NCBI GenBank assembly: GCA_963746775.1
Contig: CAVVCK010000001.1
Span: forward strand, 418,435-482,434
DNA: 64,000 bases
Reading direction: 5' to 3'
DNA from: an uncultured bacterium
GTDB lineage: Bacteria; Patescibacteriota; JABMPQ01; CAVVCK01
The position numbers and the translations under genes were made by a program. The notes under the pieces are model-generated. The model saw only the letters and a list, made by a program, of their open reading frames with translations. It did no database searches and was not told where the DNA came from. Each line of letters opens with the position of its first letter. Position 1 is the stretch's first letter. This document shows, in pieces, positions 38,647 through 49,362 of this stretch.

Positions 38647-39201
38647 TTATATATCTCTTTCAGGATCAATTGCTACTTTCATTTTGTCCTTAGGATCAAT
38701 TTTAATAGCAAGCATATTGCCCGGTTGGAATTTAGGAACATCAAGTCTACCGATAATAGTTTTTATTTCTGTCTGATAAGGAGAGTTGCTACCATCATAG
38801 ACCTCTAATTTTAAAGAAACAAAAGGTTGATTATTAATAGTTACTACTCCTCGTCCACTTTCTCCCAATTCGATAATTTTAGCCTTAGCTAAACGACCAT
38901 TAGCTAAAATTTTTTTTCTATCATTGCTGTTGGTAACATATTTAAATAAACTCCTAAAAGAAAATGCAGTAATAACAACGGTTAACAAAGAAATAAGAGT
39001 AATAATAATTATATTACTGGAAGAATCTTCTGTTTCTTCTGTAGTCATATTTTCAACATTACTATTTTGTTCAGAAGATAAAGAAAAGTCTGAATTATTC
39101 TGGTCTTGAGAACTGCCAGAATTAAAATAAAACACAAATAACAAAATACCTCCCGTAATAATTAAATCTGCTATAATAAACCAGATTAATTTTTTATTCA
39201 T
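38647..39201 (-). CDS. Membrane protein with one OB-fold-like (DUF3592-like) domain
   Basis: 2 TM + GRLAKAKII...INNQPFVSLKLEV...FQPG...IDP. Confidence 0.65.
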   Translation of the reverse strand: MNKKLIWFIIADLIITGGILLFVFYFNSGSSQDQNNSDFSLSSEQNSNVENMTTEETEDSSSNIIIITLISLLTVVITAFSFRSLFKYVTNSNDRKKILANGRLAKAKIIELGESGRGVVTINNQPFVSLKLEVYDGSNSPYQTEIKTIIGRLDVPKFQPGNMLAIKIDPKDKMKVAIDPERDI

Positions 39202-39219
39202 TTTTTTTATAATAATTTA

Positions 39220-40278
39220 TTATTTTTTTATTTTTATTTTCTTTAAAATCTCTTTACTAGAATCAAAAACAATTTTCAACTTATTATTTGGATCAATTTT
39301 AACACAAAATTTTTTACCAGGCTGAAATTTTGGTAAATCTAATCTCCTAATAATAGTCTCCAGTTCTGTTTTATATTTTTCTGCCCCATCATCAACCTCC
39401 ATTTCCAATGCTACTAAGGGTTGTCCATTAATAGTAACTATTCCTTCAGCACTTTCTTTAATGTTTAATATAGTAGCTAAGGCAGGCTTGCCTGTTTTTA
39501 AAATTCGCTTATCATCCTTCCCTAAAAACAGATGCTTAAATAATCCCTTAAAAGAACTAAACATGCTAGTAATTAAAGCCGTAATGGCAAAAATTGCTAT
39601 TATACTTCCATAAACATCTTTATTGAATGGAATTGCCTCAGGATAATAATTTTCTAAAGCTACGAGAATACCTAAAATTGGCAATATAAACCATATATAA
39701 AATAATTTTTTAGCTTTTTTGTTTTTTGTTTGGGAATTATTTGAACTGGCAATACTGTTTTTAGATGGATTAATGGAAAAACTCGTTTGATCTATAACCA
39801 CTTCATTTGGATCATTAGGACTGATTCTAACCTTTAAATACTTTCCTTCTTGAAATTGAGGTACATACAATCTTGAAATTATAGTCTTTAAATCAACTTG
39901 GTATGGCTTTTTATTACCATCATAAATTTCTAAAGTTAGAGAAACAAAAGGTTGATCATTAACTGTAACTACTGATTCATCATTTTCGTTTAGTTTAATT
40001 ATTTTAGCACGAGCTAATCTACCTTCTTTTAAAATTTTATCGTTCTTCCCACTATTCTTAAAACTTGATATTACATCTGAAAACATATAGCCTGTAAAAA
40101 ATAAAGTTCCAATAATTATTACAGCAGAAAAAACATAAACTATCCCATCATGACTTAAGGGAATAATATTGGGATCTACTTCATCTTCAATATAAATTAG
40201 AAAAATTAAAATACCAGACAAAATAAAAACCATTATCATATAAAAGAAAAATATTGTCCATTTTTTTATTTTAATCAT
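39220..40278 (-). CDS. Membrane protein with two copies of the same domain
   Basis: The (2TM + G..A.A.I...N.QP.V.L..E...FQ.G) module occurs twice; start probably MIKIKKW. Confidence 0.65.
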   Translation of the reverse strand: MIKIKKWTIFFFYMIMVFILSGILIFLIYIEDEVDPNIIPLSHDGIVYVFSAVIIIGTLFFTGYMFSDVISSFKNSGKNDKILKEGRLARAKIIKLNENDESVVTVNDQPFVSLTLEIYDGNKKPYQVDLKTIISRLYVPQFQEGKYLKVRISPNDPNEVVIDQTSFSINPSKNSIASSNNSQTKNKKAKKLFYIWFILPILGILVALENYYPEAIPFNKDVYGSIIAIFAITALITSMFSSFKGLFKHLFLGKDDKRILKTGKPALATILNIKESAEGIVTINGQPLVALEMEVDDGAEKYKTELETIIRRLDLPKFQPGKKFCVKIDPNNKLKIVFDSSKEILKKIKIKK

Positions 40279-40500
40279 TTTGTTGTTTGTTTTATATTTT
40301 TTTACTTTTATAATTCTAAATTTATACACTGTCTGAATTTAACCTAAACATAAATAATAGTTTATCTTTTTATTATCAACCTACTTAAAACAATATTAGA
40401 TTTTTCTTCTTTTATTAAGTATAAATATCAAAATTTATATTCTTTTACATATTTATTATAGCATATTTTTCAATTCTAGTAAAGCAATGCTTTAAAAAAT

Positions 40501-40530
40501 AAAAAGGATCCTGATATTAGAATCCTTTTT
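40501..40530 (-). terminator. Terminator after the PilB-like gene
   Basis: AAAAAGGAT(C)CT-N6-AG(A)ATCCTTTTT; the mismatch is G-U on the minus strand. Confidence 0.6.
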
Positions 40531-40549
40531 ATTTTTTAAAATATAATTC

Positions 40550-42217
40550 TTAATCTACTACTCTTCTAACTTCATCCAAGTCAGTAACTCCCTCAATAAT
40601 TTTTAAAAGTCCATCTTGTTCCATAGTCATCATACCTTGTTCAACAGCGGCATGAAATATATCCTGAGAAGATGCCCTCTGATTAATTAAAGCTTCTATT
40701 TTTTCATCAACTTGAAATATTTCATAGATGCCCATTCGACCAGAGTAACCTGTTTCATGGCAATCATGGCATCCCTTCTCCTTGGCTTTGTATATTTCTT
40801 TTAAGCCTTCTTGGGGATAAAATTTACCTAGTTTATTTTTTAATTCTTCAATTAATTTTTCTTCTGGCTTATATGATTCTCTACATTTTTTACATAATTT
40901 TCTAACTAATCTCTGGCCTATTACCACAGATAAAGCTGGTCCTATAGTATAAGGCCTAACTCCCATATTTACCAAACGCGGAATAGCCCCGGCAGCATCA
41001 TTAGTATGTAGGGTTGAAAATACTATATGCCCAGTTAGAGCTGCTTGAGCAGCAATATCAGCTGTCTCATAATCACGAATTTCACCTACCATTATTATAT
41101 CTGGGTCTTGCCTTAGAATAGACCGTAAACCGTTGGCAAAAGTCATATCTTTTTCCTCATCAATTTGTGTCTGCACTATTCCCTCAAGTCTATATTCTAT
41201 AGGATTTTCTAGGGTTATAATTTTAATTTCTGAAGATTTAACTTCATTTAAACAAGAGTATAGAGTAGTGGTTTTACCAGAACCAGTAGGACCTGTAGTT
41301 AAAATCAATCCTGTAGGTTTAGCTATTTCTTTTTTTAATAGTTTTAATTCTCTCTCTCTGAATCCTAAGTCATCTAACTTTAATTTCATCGCCCCTACCC
41401 CCAAAAGACGCATTACTATTGATTCACCATATCCAGAAGGTAGAACTGAAACCCTAATATCTATTTCAAGATCACCTGAAGTTATAGTAAATCTGCCATC
41501 TTGCGGAATATCGGATACATTTAACTTTAATCTTGCTAAATATTTGATTCTAGATAATATTTTTGGATAAGCTTCCTGGGCAATCTTAGTTATTTCTTGC
41601 AAAACACCGTCAATACGATAACGCAAAACAATATCTTCTTCTGCTGGCTCAACATGTATATCTGAAGAATTAGTTAAAAGCGCCCCAGCAAAAATAATAT
41701 CAATAACTTCTGTAGTTGATACTTTTCTAATTAAAGATCTTAAATCAGATACATTTTTTACCATTTTTCTAGCTTCTTCAAGCTCCTTTTCGCTTATTTC
41801 AACTTTCTCGATAGTTTTTTTAGAAACTAATACCTGACTATAAAAATTATAAGCATATTTAAAACTGACTTCGGATATTAGAAAAATGGTAATTTCATAT
41901 TTTTTTTCTTTTAAATCTACTATAACCTTTTCTGCTTTTTTATTATTAACATCGACTATACCAATTTTGAGAATATTATCTTTTTCATAAAAAGGTATAA
42001 TTTTAGCCAATATAGCATCTTTTTTGGAAACCAAAAGCAGAGCCTCTTTATCAATAGGAAAGCCTTTTAAATTAATATAAGGTATCCCTAGTGTCTGGGA
42101 TTTTTCAATAGTCAGTCTTTCTAGAGCATCTTCATTTAAATTGGTTAACTTTTCTTTTAATCTTTTTTCTCTTTCTTCTTCTAATTCTTCATTGGTAACT
42201 ATTTTTGTTTTTACCAT
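40550..42217 (-). CDS. pilB: GspE/PulE/PilB family pilus assembly ATPase
   Basis: SDIHVEP, PQDG, GPTGSGKTT, LRQDPD, STLHTN, CxxC..CxxC. Confidence 0.88.
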   Translation of the reverse strand: MVKTKIVTNEELEEEREKRLKEKLTNLNEDALERLTIEKSQTLGIPYINLKGFPIDKEALLLVSKKDAILAKIIPFYEKDNILKIGIVDVNNKKAEKVIVDLKEKKYEITIFLISEVSFKYAYNFYSQVLVSKKTIEKVEISEKELEEARKMVKNVSDLRSLIRKVSTTEVIDIIFAGALLTNSSDIHVEPAEEDIVLRYRIDGVLQEITKIAQEAYPKILSRIKYLARLKLNVSDIPQDGRFTITSGDLEIDIRVSVLPSGYGESIVMRLLGVGAMKLKLDDLGFRERELKLLKKEIAKPTGLILTTGPTGSGKTTTLYSCLNEVKSSEIKIITLENPIEYRLEGIVQTQIDEEKDMTFANGLRSILRQDPDIIMVGEIRDYETADIAAQAALTGHIVFSTLHTNDAAGAIPRLVNMGVRPYTIGPALSVVIGQRLVRKLCKKCRESYKPEEKLIEELKNKLGKFYPQEGLKEIYKAKEKGCHDCHETGYSGRMGIYEIFQVDEKIEALINQRASSQDIFHAAVEQGMMTMEQDGLLKIIEGVTDLDEVRRVVD

Positions 42218-42240
42218 ATTTTTTAGCCGAGCTATAATTT

Positions 42241-42435
42241 TTATTCTTCTATGCTAATGCATTGTACTGGACAAGAATCTGCTGCCTGTTTATTACAGCC
42301 CAATTCTTCTACTTCAGTTTTTTTTGGATAAGCCTTGCCATTATCTTTCATTTCCCAATTGGAAGGACATAGGCTAACGCAAGTACCACAGCCTATGCAT
42401 TTTTCCATATCTTGTTTTATTTTATATTTCGCCAT
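42241..42435 (-). CDS. Single-cluster ferredoxin
   Basis: CIGCGTCVSLCP ... CPVQCI. Confidence 0.9.
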   Translation of the reverse strand: MAKYKIKQDMEKCIGCGTCVSLCPSNWEMKDNGKAYPKKTEVEELGCNKQAADSCPVQCISIEE

Positions 42436-42528
42436 TTTTTTAACTTGTTTATAAATATTTTATATTCTATCAAAAATAAAACAAAAATAAAACATTATCT
42501 TGAATTATGCTTAATCTTATACAAAATA

Positions 42529-43662
42529 CTATGATATTTTTGTTTTTATTTTTTCAAACACAAGCTGCTCTACTTCGAATAGTGTTTTATCTTTAAAACT
42601 AATATGTATTAAATCATTTTGAGCAGAAACATTAAAACGCTTTGATAAAATCTCCAAATTTGATTTCTTTAAAGTTTTAATTAATCCACTTATTTCATTT
42701 TCTTTTTCATACAAAATAATAATGATTTCGGCTTCGGTTATAGAAGCTGCTAACTCATCTTCTATACCCACTAAATCTTTTTCACTAGAATTAGTTTTTT
42801 TAAAATCATCACGAGTTATTAATGTCCAAACAATTTTATAATCATTATCAAATTTTATTCTGGCTAATGCCCTTCCCCATAGCTTTAAACTATCTAAAGA
42901 TTTATTTTTATACAGGCTTTGAATAATTTTTTGTTGATCAGCCCCTAGTGATATTAATTCAGAAGCCAGGTTAAATGCTTGAGGAGTAGTATTAGCTGCC
43001 TGAAAGCTTCTGGTTGAAAATATGATACTAGATAAAATGCAGGTAGCAATCTTAGAATCTATAGCATTTTTATCAAAAAACTCCAAAAATGGATACAAAA
43101 CTTCTGCCGTAGATGAAGCCTTTAAATCAACAATATTAACTTCCCCAAAGAGTTCATTAGCTGACTGATTATCAATATTAATAATAGGAGTTTCATAAAA
43201 AAGTTCGGTATTTTGATTATACACAGTTCCTATTGATTCTAAATCCAAGCTACCTATGCAAATTATTAAATCATATTGCGAACCAACTTTCTTGGTAGTA
43301 ATATGTTTTGAATCATAATCACCATTTTTAGGAGTGATGTAGATATTTAATTTATTACCATCATTATCAAAATCATAGCTGAATTGACCAATTTTTGTTT
43401 CGGAAGTATCCAGCGTAATTACAAAATTTTTATTATTCTTTAAATTATCTCTTACCTTGTCAAAATAAGGTAAAAATGAAAAAGCGGGATCTAATTTTCC
43501 ATTTGCCACCATATCAACTTCCTTATCTATTTTTTCCAAAGCAATTCCTAGGGCTAAAAGACTACCAATAGAATCAGCTTCTGGATTTTCTTTAGTTACT
43601 AATAAAATTTTTTTACTTTTTTGGATTAATTCAAATCCTTGCTGTTTTGGAGATAATTCCAT
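42529..43662 (-). CDS. Degenerate DHH-family (NrnA-like) protein
   Basis: NPEADSIGS, INIDNQ (DHH motif lost), ASSTAE, LKLWGRAL. Confidence 0.75.
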   Translation of the reverse strand: MELSPKQQGFELIQKSKKILLVTKENPEADSIGSLLALGIALEKIDKEVDMVANGKLDPAFSFLPYFDKVRDNLKNNKNFVITLDTSETKIGQFSYDFDNDGNKLNIYITPKNGDYDSKHITTKKVGSQYDLIICIGSLDLESIGTVYNQNTELFYETPIINIDNQSANELFGEVNIVDLKASSTAEVLYPFLEFFDKNAIDSKIATCILSSIIFSTRSFQAANTTPQAFNLASELISLGADQQKIIQSLYKNKSLDSLKLWGRALARIKFDNDYKIVWTLITRDDFKKTNSSEKDLVGIEDELAASITEAEIIIILYEKENEISGLIKTLKKSNLEILSKRFNVSAQNDLIHISFKDKTLFEVEQLVFEKIKTKIS

Positions 43663-43744
43663 GTAATTTGTTTAAGCTATAACCTACAGTATTTTTAAAC
43701 TGAATATTGTATTTTATATTAACCAAAAAAGTGTGTCAACATAG

Positions 43745-43847
43745 ATCACGTACGAAATTCCGTGGTTATTAAAAAAATTATATAAGTTAATAAGTATTTA
43801 TTTACCCCAAAAAACATTTCTTTTAACTTTAGAATTTCGTACGTGAT
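43745..43847. mobile_element. 103-bp MITE-like element with 16-bp perfect terminal inverted repeats
   Basis: ATCACGTACGAAATTC (43745-60) / GAATTTCGTACGTGAT (43832-47); related solo end TTTCGTACGT near 44477-44486. Confidence 0.55.
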
Positions 43848-43961
43848 GGATAAAATATAGTTTTGTGTTAATATAATATTAAGAAAAATGTAGCTTTTAT
43901 ATTTTCAATATATTTAATTATTTTGGTAATTTTTTTAAATACTTTATATTTTTATAGACAA

Positions 43962-44417
43962 ATGAACTTAAAAATCTTATCTAAAGACAGAAAACAAACT
44001 CAAAATATTGCTATAAATTTAGCTAAAAGTTTGGATTACGGCTTAACTATAGCCTTCGAAGGTAATTTAGGCTCAGGTAAAACTACCTTTATCCAAGGAT
44101 TGGCTCTTGGTTTGAATATTAAGGAAAAAATATCAAGCCCAACTTTTGTAATTTTTAAAAAATACAAGGTTTTAAATCATAAAAAAATAAATTGGCTTTA
44201 TCATTTTGATTTATACAGAATTAAAAATATTGAAGAAATAATTGATTTAGATTTTGAAGAAATTATCAGTGATAGAAATTCAGTCGTAGCTATTGAATGG
44301 GCCGAAAAAATTCATAAATTACTACCGAAAAATACTTTAAAAATAAAGATAACCCATGTAAATAAAAACTCTAGAAAAATTATTTTTAGTGAACAGCATA
44401 CAAAAAAATATCTCTAG
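43962..44417 (+). CDS. tsaE: t6A biosynthesis ATPase
   Basis: GNLGSGKTT, SSPTF, HFDLYR, IEWAE; start moved to ATG 43962. Confidence 0.93.
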   Translation: MNLKILSKDRKQTQNIAINLAKSLDYGLTIAFEGNLGSGKTTFIQGLALGLNIKEKISSPTFVIFKKYKVLNHKKINWLYHFDLYRIKNIEEIIDLDFEEIISDRNSVVAIEWAEKIHKLLPKNTLKIKITHVNKNSRKIIFSEQHTKKYL

Positions 44418-44563
44418 TAGATAGTTTGAACCATCTAATAGAATAAATATCTTAAATCTCTAATTATGTTAAAAACTTTCGTACGTAGTAAATAAATATA
44501 CGTTTGACCATAATTATTTAGTAAATTATAATAAAATAATATTATAATAATTAATTCAAAATT

Positions 44564-44890
44564 ATGTCTATTGTAAAATTGTCCGGTGAAAATTTTCAAG
44601 AAGAAGTTATGAATTCTGATTTACCAGTCCTAGTAGATTTCTACGCAGAATGGTGTGGTCCATGTAAAATGATTTCTCCTATTATCGATGAAATAGCCGA
44701 ATCTTATAGCGGAAAAATTAAAGTAGGAAAATTAGATATAGATCAAGCTCAAGATATCGCTTCAAGCCAAGGTGTTATGAGTATTCCCACTCTAATATTC
44801 TTTAAAAATGGACAAAAAGTAGAAGAGAATACGGGCGCCCTAGATAAGGGACAATTAGAAGAATTAATTCAAAAAGTAATTGAAGCATAG
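44564..44890 (+). CDS. trxA: Thioredoxin
   Basis: WCGPC, SIPT. Confidence 0.96.
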   Translation: MSIVKLSGENFQEEVMNSDLPVLVDFYAEWCGPCKMISPIIDEIAESYSGKIKVGKLDIDQAQDIASSQGVMSIPTLIFFKNGQKVEENTGALDKGQLEELIQKVIEA

Positions 44891-44940
44891 CTTGATTTGA
44901 AATATTATAACTCAAAAAATAAAAATAAATTAAAAATATT

Positions 44941-45387
44941 ATGTCTGATTATTATACACTCATTCCAAATTTTAAAGATGAAATTAATGCTTTCTTAAAT
45001 CAATCAAAAAATATTGCTTTTATTGGAATTAATAAAGATCCTAAATCACTCAGTTATAAGATATTTGAAAATTTAAAAAATGATTTAAATGTACTACCGA
45101 TTAGTGAAGAAATAGAAATTTTAAATAAAAAGTGTTATGCCAATCTTTCCGAAATTAAATGTAAATTAGATGCAGCTATAATAGTAACAACTACCCAAAA
45201 AACACTTAAAGCCTGCCAGGAATGTTTTGAAAATAAAATTTTAAATGTCTGGATAGAAATTGGTAGTGAAAGTAAGGAGGCACTTGATTATTGTAAAGAT
45301 AAAAATATGAATGTTGTTTATTTACACTCTATCTTAAAAGAAAGAATAAATCCTTCTTCGAAGTATAAATCCAAAAAAGAAAGTTAA
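44941..45387 (+). CDS. CoA-binding (YccU-like) protein
   Basis: IAFIG....K.SY, CY.NL.EI, VW...G pattern; divergent. Confidence 0.65.
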   Translation: MSDYYTLIPNFKDEINAFLNQSKNIAFIGINKDPKSLSYKIFENLKNDLNVLPISEEIEILNKKCYANLSEIKCKLDAAIIVTTTQKTLKACQECFENKILNVWIEIGSESKEALDYCKDKNMNVVYLHSILKERINPSSKYKSKKES

Positions 45388-45399
45388 ATTAACAATTTA

Positions 45400-46107
45400 A
45401 TGACATTTTTAACCGTTATTTGGTATATAATTATTGCCCTAATCCCTGGGATATTTTGGATTTGGTTTTATCGAAGAAAAGATAAAAATCCTGAACCTAG
45501 AAAATTAATTATAAAGATATTTTTAGCTGGTATGGCTATAACCTTGCCAGCTATAGTTTTTGAATATGCCGCTGAATTTTTTTTCCCTTTTATTGATGCG
45601 GAAAATCTCTTAACTATTATTTTTGCTTCTTTATTTATAGTAGCTCCAATAGAAGAATATTTAAAATATTACGTAGTAAAAAAAGTAGCCTTTAAAAATA
45701 AAGCTTTTGATGAACCAATAGATGGGATAATCTATGGTGTAGTGGCTGGTTTGGGCTTTGCTTCTTTGGAAAATTTAATAGTAATATCAGCTGAAGGTCA
45801 GGGTATAATTGTCCTGCGCTTTGCCACCGCCACCCTAATGCATGCCATTACTACTGGTATGGTTGGCTACTACTTAAGCATAAATAAATTTTCTACTCAA
45901 GATGATAAAAAGAAAAATCCTATTTGGAAAGGTCTTATAATAGCAATTGCTATACATGGTATTTATAATTCTATTGTCTCTACTCAAACTATTCTAACTT
46001 TGTTTATTTTAATTGCCTTTTTAATTAGCATGTATATAATACTAGCATTTAGAATAAAAAAATTAAAAGATATGGATCATTTTTCAAAAAAAGTTACCAT
46101 TGCTTAA
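45400..46107 (+). CDS. prsW: PrsW-family intramembrane protease
   Basis: PEP, EEYLK, GFASLEN, H, HGIYN. Confidence 0.9.
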   Translation: MTFLTVIWYIIIALIPGIFWIWFYRRKDKNPEPRKLIIKIFLAGMAITLPAIVFEYAAEFFFPFIDAENLLTIIFASLFIVAPIEEYLKYYVVKKVAFKNKAFDEPIDGIIYGVVAGLGFASLENLIVISAEGQGIIVLRFATATLMHAITTGMVGYYLSINKFSTQDDKKKNPIWKGLIIAIAIHGIYNSIVSTQTILTLFILIAFLISMYIILAFRIKKLKDMDHFSKKVTIA

Positions 46108-46159
46108 AATTAATTTTATTTTATAATAAAAGTATTAACTATCTATAATTTTAAAAAAT

Positions 46160-46642
46160 ATGTCAGAAAAAAACAAAAAATCTTTTTTTAGTAAATTACT
46201 TAAAAATAAAAATACTGAGGAAAAATTAGAAGATACTCAGTTTAATAATACTAAAAATATTCAAACAAAAACTAAACAAGATCAAGAAGAATGGGCAGCA
46301 GATTATGAGGGACAATTGACTATTGATGTTTATCAAACAGATGAAGATATTATCATTAAGTCTACTATTGCTGGAGTAACTCCAGAAGATATCGATATTA
46401 CTATCGATAATGATATGGTTATCATAAAAGGTGAAAGAAAAAATTGTACTACTGCCCGCGAAGAAGATTATTATTATCAAGAATGTTATTGGGGATCTTT
46501 TTCAAGATCAGTAATTCTACCTTGCGATATTGAAGCAGATAAAATACAAGCAGAATTAAAAAATGGCATCCTAACTGTTACACTACCAAAAGCACATAAA
46601 TCAAAATCAAAAAAAATATCTGTTAAATCCCTAGAAGAATAA
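46160..46642 (+). CDS. Hsp20/alpha-crystallin protein
   Basis: IDVYQT, IKGER, WGSFSRSV.LP, NGILTVTLPK. Confidence 0.92.
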   Translation: MSEKNKKSFFSKLLKNKNTEEKLEDTQFNNTKNIQTKTKQDQEEWAADYEGQLTIDVYQTDEDIIIKSTIAGVTPEDIDITIDNDMVIIKGERKNCTTAREEDYYYQECYWGSFSRSVILPCDIEADKIQAELKNGILTVTLPKAHKSKSKKISVKSLEE

Positions 46643-46670
46643 GCTAAAAAATAAATTAATAAATAATATA

Positions 46671-46701
46671 AAAAAATTCCAACAAATAGTTGGAATTTTT
46701 T
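46671..46701. terminator. Bidirectional terminator
   Basis: AAAAAATTCCAAC-N5-GTTGGAATTTTTT between convergent genes. Confidence 0.8.
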
Positions 46702-46726
46702 ATTGTATACAATATAACAGTAATAA

Positions 46727-47134
46727 TTAGGCAACAAATAAAGCCTGAATTACATAACGACTGATAGCAAAGGCAATAGCGATAATAACTACACCAATAA
46801 TCGCATATAACATGATTTTCTTACCTGTTTCTATTCTCTCCTCATTACCTATTGAAGTTGCATAAACAACACCACCATAAACAAATAAAGCAACTAAAAC
46901 AACACCTAATATTCCTACTACCCAACTAATAATTCTAGCAACAAAATCTGGAAGATTTACATCTTGTGCTAAACCCGTATCTTGTACATCATCTAAAGTA
47001 GCTGCTGGATCACCTGCTGTTACGCCAGCACCATCACCAGGAGCAGCCAATACTGGAGTAAAAAGAGTAAACATTAAAGTTAAAGCAAATAAAAAACTGC
47101 CTATAACCATGTATAATTTAGCCATTTTTTTCAT
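46727..47134 (-). CDS. VirB2/TrbC-like pilin (probable major subunit)
   Basis: Signal peptide + YGG..Y.TS.G.EE....K....AIIG motif; perfect SD AAAGGAGGTG 6 nt before ATG 47134; extended -10 TGCTATACT at 47203-47195. Confidence 0.8.
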   Translation of the reverse strand: MKKMAKLYMVIGSFLFALTLMFTLFTPVLAAPGDGAGVTAGDPAATLDDVQDTGLAQDVNLPDFVARIISWVVGILGVVLVALFVYGGVVYATSIGNEERIETGKKIMLYAIIGVVIIAIAFAISRYVIQALFVA

Positions 47135-47251
47135 TCCATTCACCTCCTTTCAATATATTTTTATCATTTAATAAAATAAATGCCTTATTTTGTAAGTATA
47201 GCACAATTTATCATATAAATACAGACTTTCTCTAAATTATTCAGGTAAAAT

Positions 47252-47683
47252 TTATCTGCTGCCACTACTACCACTACTGCCACCACCATTATTTTGTGAC
47301 CAGTCACTTTGGTCAGTAAACAAGCCTTCAATAACATAATTAGTAATTGCAAAAGATAGGGCGACTACAACAATTCCTATAATAGCATAAGTTAAAACTT
47401 TTTTAGCCTTATCTATTTGCTCACCACCAGCTGAAGTAGCATATAACACACCTCCGTAAATTAATAAAACTAGAAATATAATCCCTATAATACCTACTAT
47501 TATATTTATTATCCTAATTATCGTTCCTGACAAACTTTGATTAGCTGAAAAAAAAGAATTATCTGAACTATTGTCAAAATTTTCTAATCCAAATTGAGCC
47601 AGTACTTGATTAGAAATTAATAAAAAACATGCTAAAAAAAACATAAAAATTAGACAAAATAAAACTGCTTTTTTTAACATCAA
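47252..47683 (-). CDS. VirB2/TrbC-like pilin
   Basis: YGGVLYATSAGGEQIDKAKKVLTYAIIG. Confidence 0.8.
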   Translation of the reverse strand: MMLKKAVLFCLIFMFFLACFLLISNQVLAQFGLENFDNSSDNSFFSANQSLSGTIIRIINIIVGIIGIIFLVLLIYGGVLYATSAGGEQIDKAKKVLTYAIIGIVVVALSFAITNYVIEGLFTDQSDWSQNNGGGSSGSSGSR

Positions 47684-47708
47684 TTTTTAAATAATTTATA
47701 TTTACAAT

Positions 47709-48560
47709 TTAGGATCCTGAAGAGCCACTTCCAAGACTACCGCCCCCGCTACCAGTAAGGGCGCTAACTATAAACTGTGTAATAGCAAACGATAAAGCTA
47801 CTATTATAATTCCTATAATAGCATAAGTTAATACTTTTTTCGCTTTTCCAGCCTGTTCTTCGTTGCCAGCTGATGTCATATACATTACTCCGCCATAAAT
47901 AAGCATTACTAAAAGAATAATTCCTACCGCACCTGTAATATAACTAATAATTCTTACTATAACTGTAGCTATGTCATCCCGAGGAAGCTCACTAGGCACA
48001 GAATCTAATCCATAATTACTAGACGAACTTGGATTATTATTATTACGATTACTGCCTCCGCAGATATTATTAATACATTCTAAACCACCTGAGCAATCCT
48101 CATTATCTGTACAAGAAGCCCCACCACCAGTCCTATTAACACATGTACCACTTATACATTCAAGACTGCCTGAACAATCATTATCATCTGTGCAGATAGA
48201 ACCGCCGCCATTAATAACATCTGCGGGATCATTACCAGTTGGGCGATCACATGTTCCACTTCTGCAAACTAAACCCTCTGTACAATCAGAATTAATATTA
48301 CACGAATCTCCAAGTTCTGCTCTTAGTCTTGCTTCTTCGTCACTAGGTCCCTCACATATACCTGTAGTTGGGGGATCAACATCATCATTTGCTCCTACAC
48401 ATGTTTCTCTATTAGCTCTTTCACAATCTGAATCATAAGCACATTCATCACCTACTCTAGCATTTACGTCTCTAGTATTAAAATAAAAGACCAATCCCCA
48501 CGCAAGAATTACTCCAAAAAATAAAGGTAAAATTTTAAAAATTTGTTTTAAATTTTTCAT
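47709..48560 (-). CDS. Pilin with Cys-rich repeat insert
   Basis: Four C-x2-(D/N)-x-DC-x4/5-C...C units, then YGGVMYMTSAGNEEQAGKAKK. Confidence 0.8.
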   Translation of the reverse strand: MKNLKQIFKILPLFFGVILAWGLVFYFNTRDVNARVGDECAYDSDCERANRETCVGANDDVDPPTTGICEGPSDEEARLRAELGDSCNINSDCTEGLVCRSGTCDRPTGNDPADVINGGGSICTDDNDCSGSLECISGTCVNRTGGGASCTDNEDCSGGLECINNICGGSNRNNNNPSSSSNYGLDSVPSELPRDDIATVIVRIISYITGAVGIILLVMLIYGGVMYMTSAGNEEQAGKAKKVLTYAIIGIIIVALSFAITQFIVSALTGSGGGSLGSGSSGS

Positions 48561-48586
48561 TTTTTTATAATTTTATGTTTTCATAA

Positions 48587-48958
48587 TTATCCACTGATAA
48601 TATTAATAACCGTATTTACAATCACATAAGATAAAATAGAAACTATTAATCCCATAACAGAATACCCTAAAACTTTTTTTGCTTTATTTGATTGTTCTTC
48701 ATTGCCCGCTGAAGTCAAATATAATATTCCACCATAAACAAAGGAAGCAACTGCCAAAATTCCAATTAAACCTATAACAGCGCTTAGTACTTTGGCAACT
48801 AGTTCTGGAATTGTATTAACACCAGTTAAAGGATTAGTAATTCCCGTTCCGCCGCTACTAGCCTGTACCATATTGATTGTAAAAAAAATAAAAATACCAC
48901 TAATTAAAAATAGTATCTTAATACAAATAAGTTTAGACTTATAAATTGAAAATTTCAT
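48587..48958 (-). CDS. VirB2/TrbC-like pilin
   Basis: NPL...YGGILYLTSAGNEEQSNKAKK. Confidence 0.82.
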   Translation of the reverse strand: MKFSIYKSKLICIKILFLISGIFIFFTINMVQASSGGTGITNPLTGVNTIPELVAKVLSAVIGLIGILAVASFVYGGILYLTSAGNEEQSNKAKKVLGYSVMGLIVSILSYVIVNTVINIISG

Positions 48959-48961
48959 TTA

Positions 48962-49342
48962 TTATCCTCCAATAGCATTGATTAATGTATTAATAATTAC
49001 ATAAGATAAAATAGTAACTGCTAAACCTATTAGAGCATAAGTCATAGTTTTCTTGGCCTTACCAGCTTGTTCTTCGTTGCCTCCTGAAGTAAAATATAAA
49101 ATTCCAGCATAAACCATAGCCGCCACAGCCGCTAATCCAACAATAGCCGTAATAAAACGTACAACAGCTGCCGCTAATTCTGTTGGACTACTTATATTAA
49201 TAGGGCTTTGCAAACTGACTACATCCCCTGAACCTCCAGAAGAAGCCTGAACATTATTTATTTCAAATATTAAAAAAAACATTAAACATATATTCAAAAC
49301 CATAAAAACAGCTAAATATTTTGATAACATATTCATATTCAA
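48962..49342 (-). CDS. VirB2/TrbC-like pilin
   Basis: YAGILYFTSGGNEEQAGKAKK. Confidence 0.82.
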   Translation of the reverse strand: MNMNMLSKYLAVFMVLNICLMFFLIFEINNVQASSGGSGDVVSLQSPINISSPTELAAAVVRFITAIVGLAAVAAMVYAGILYFTSGGNEEQAGKAKKTMTYALIGLAVTILSYVIINTLINAIGG

Positions 49343-49362
49343 TAAATATTAGTACATAGAAA

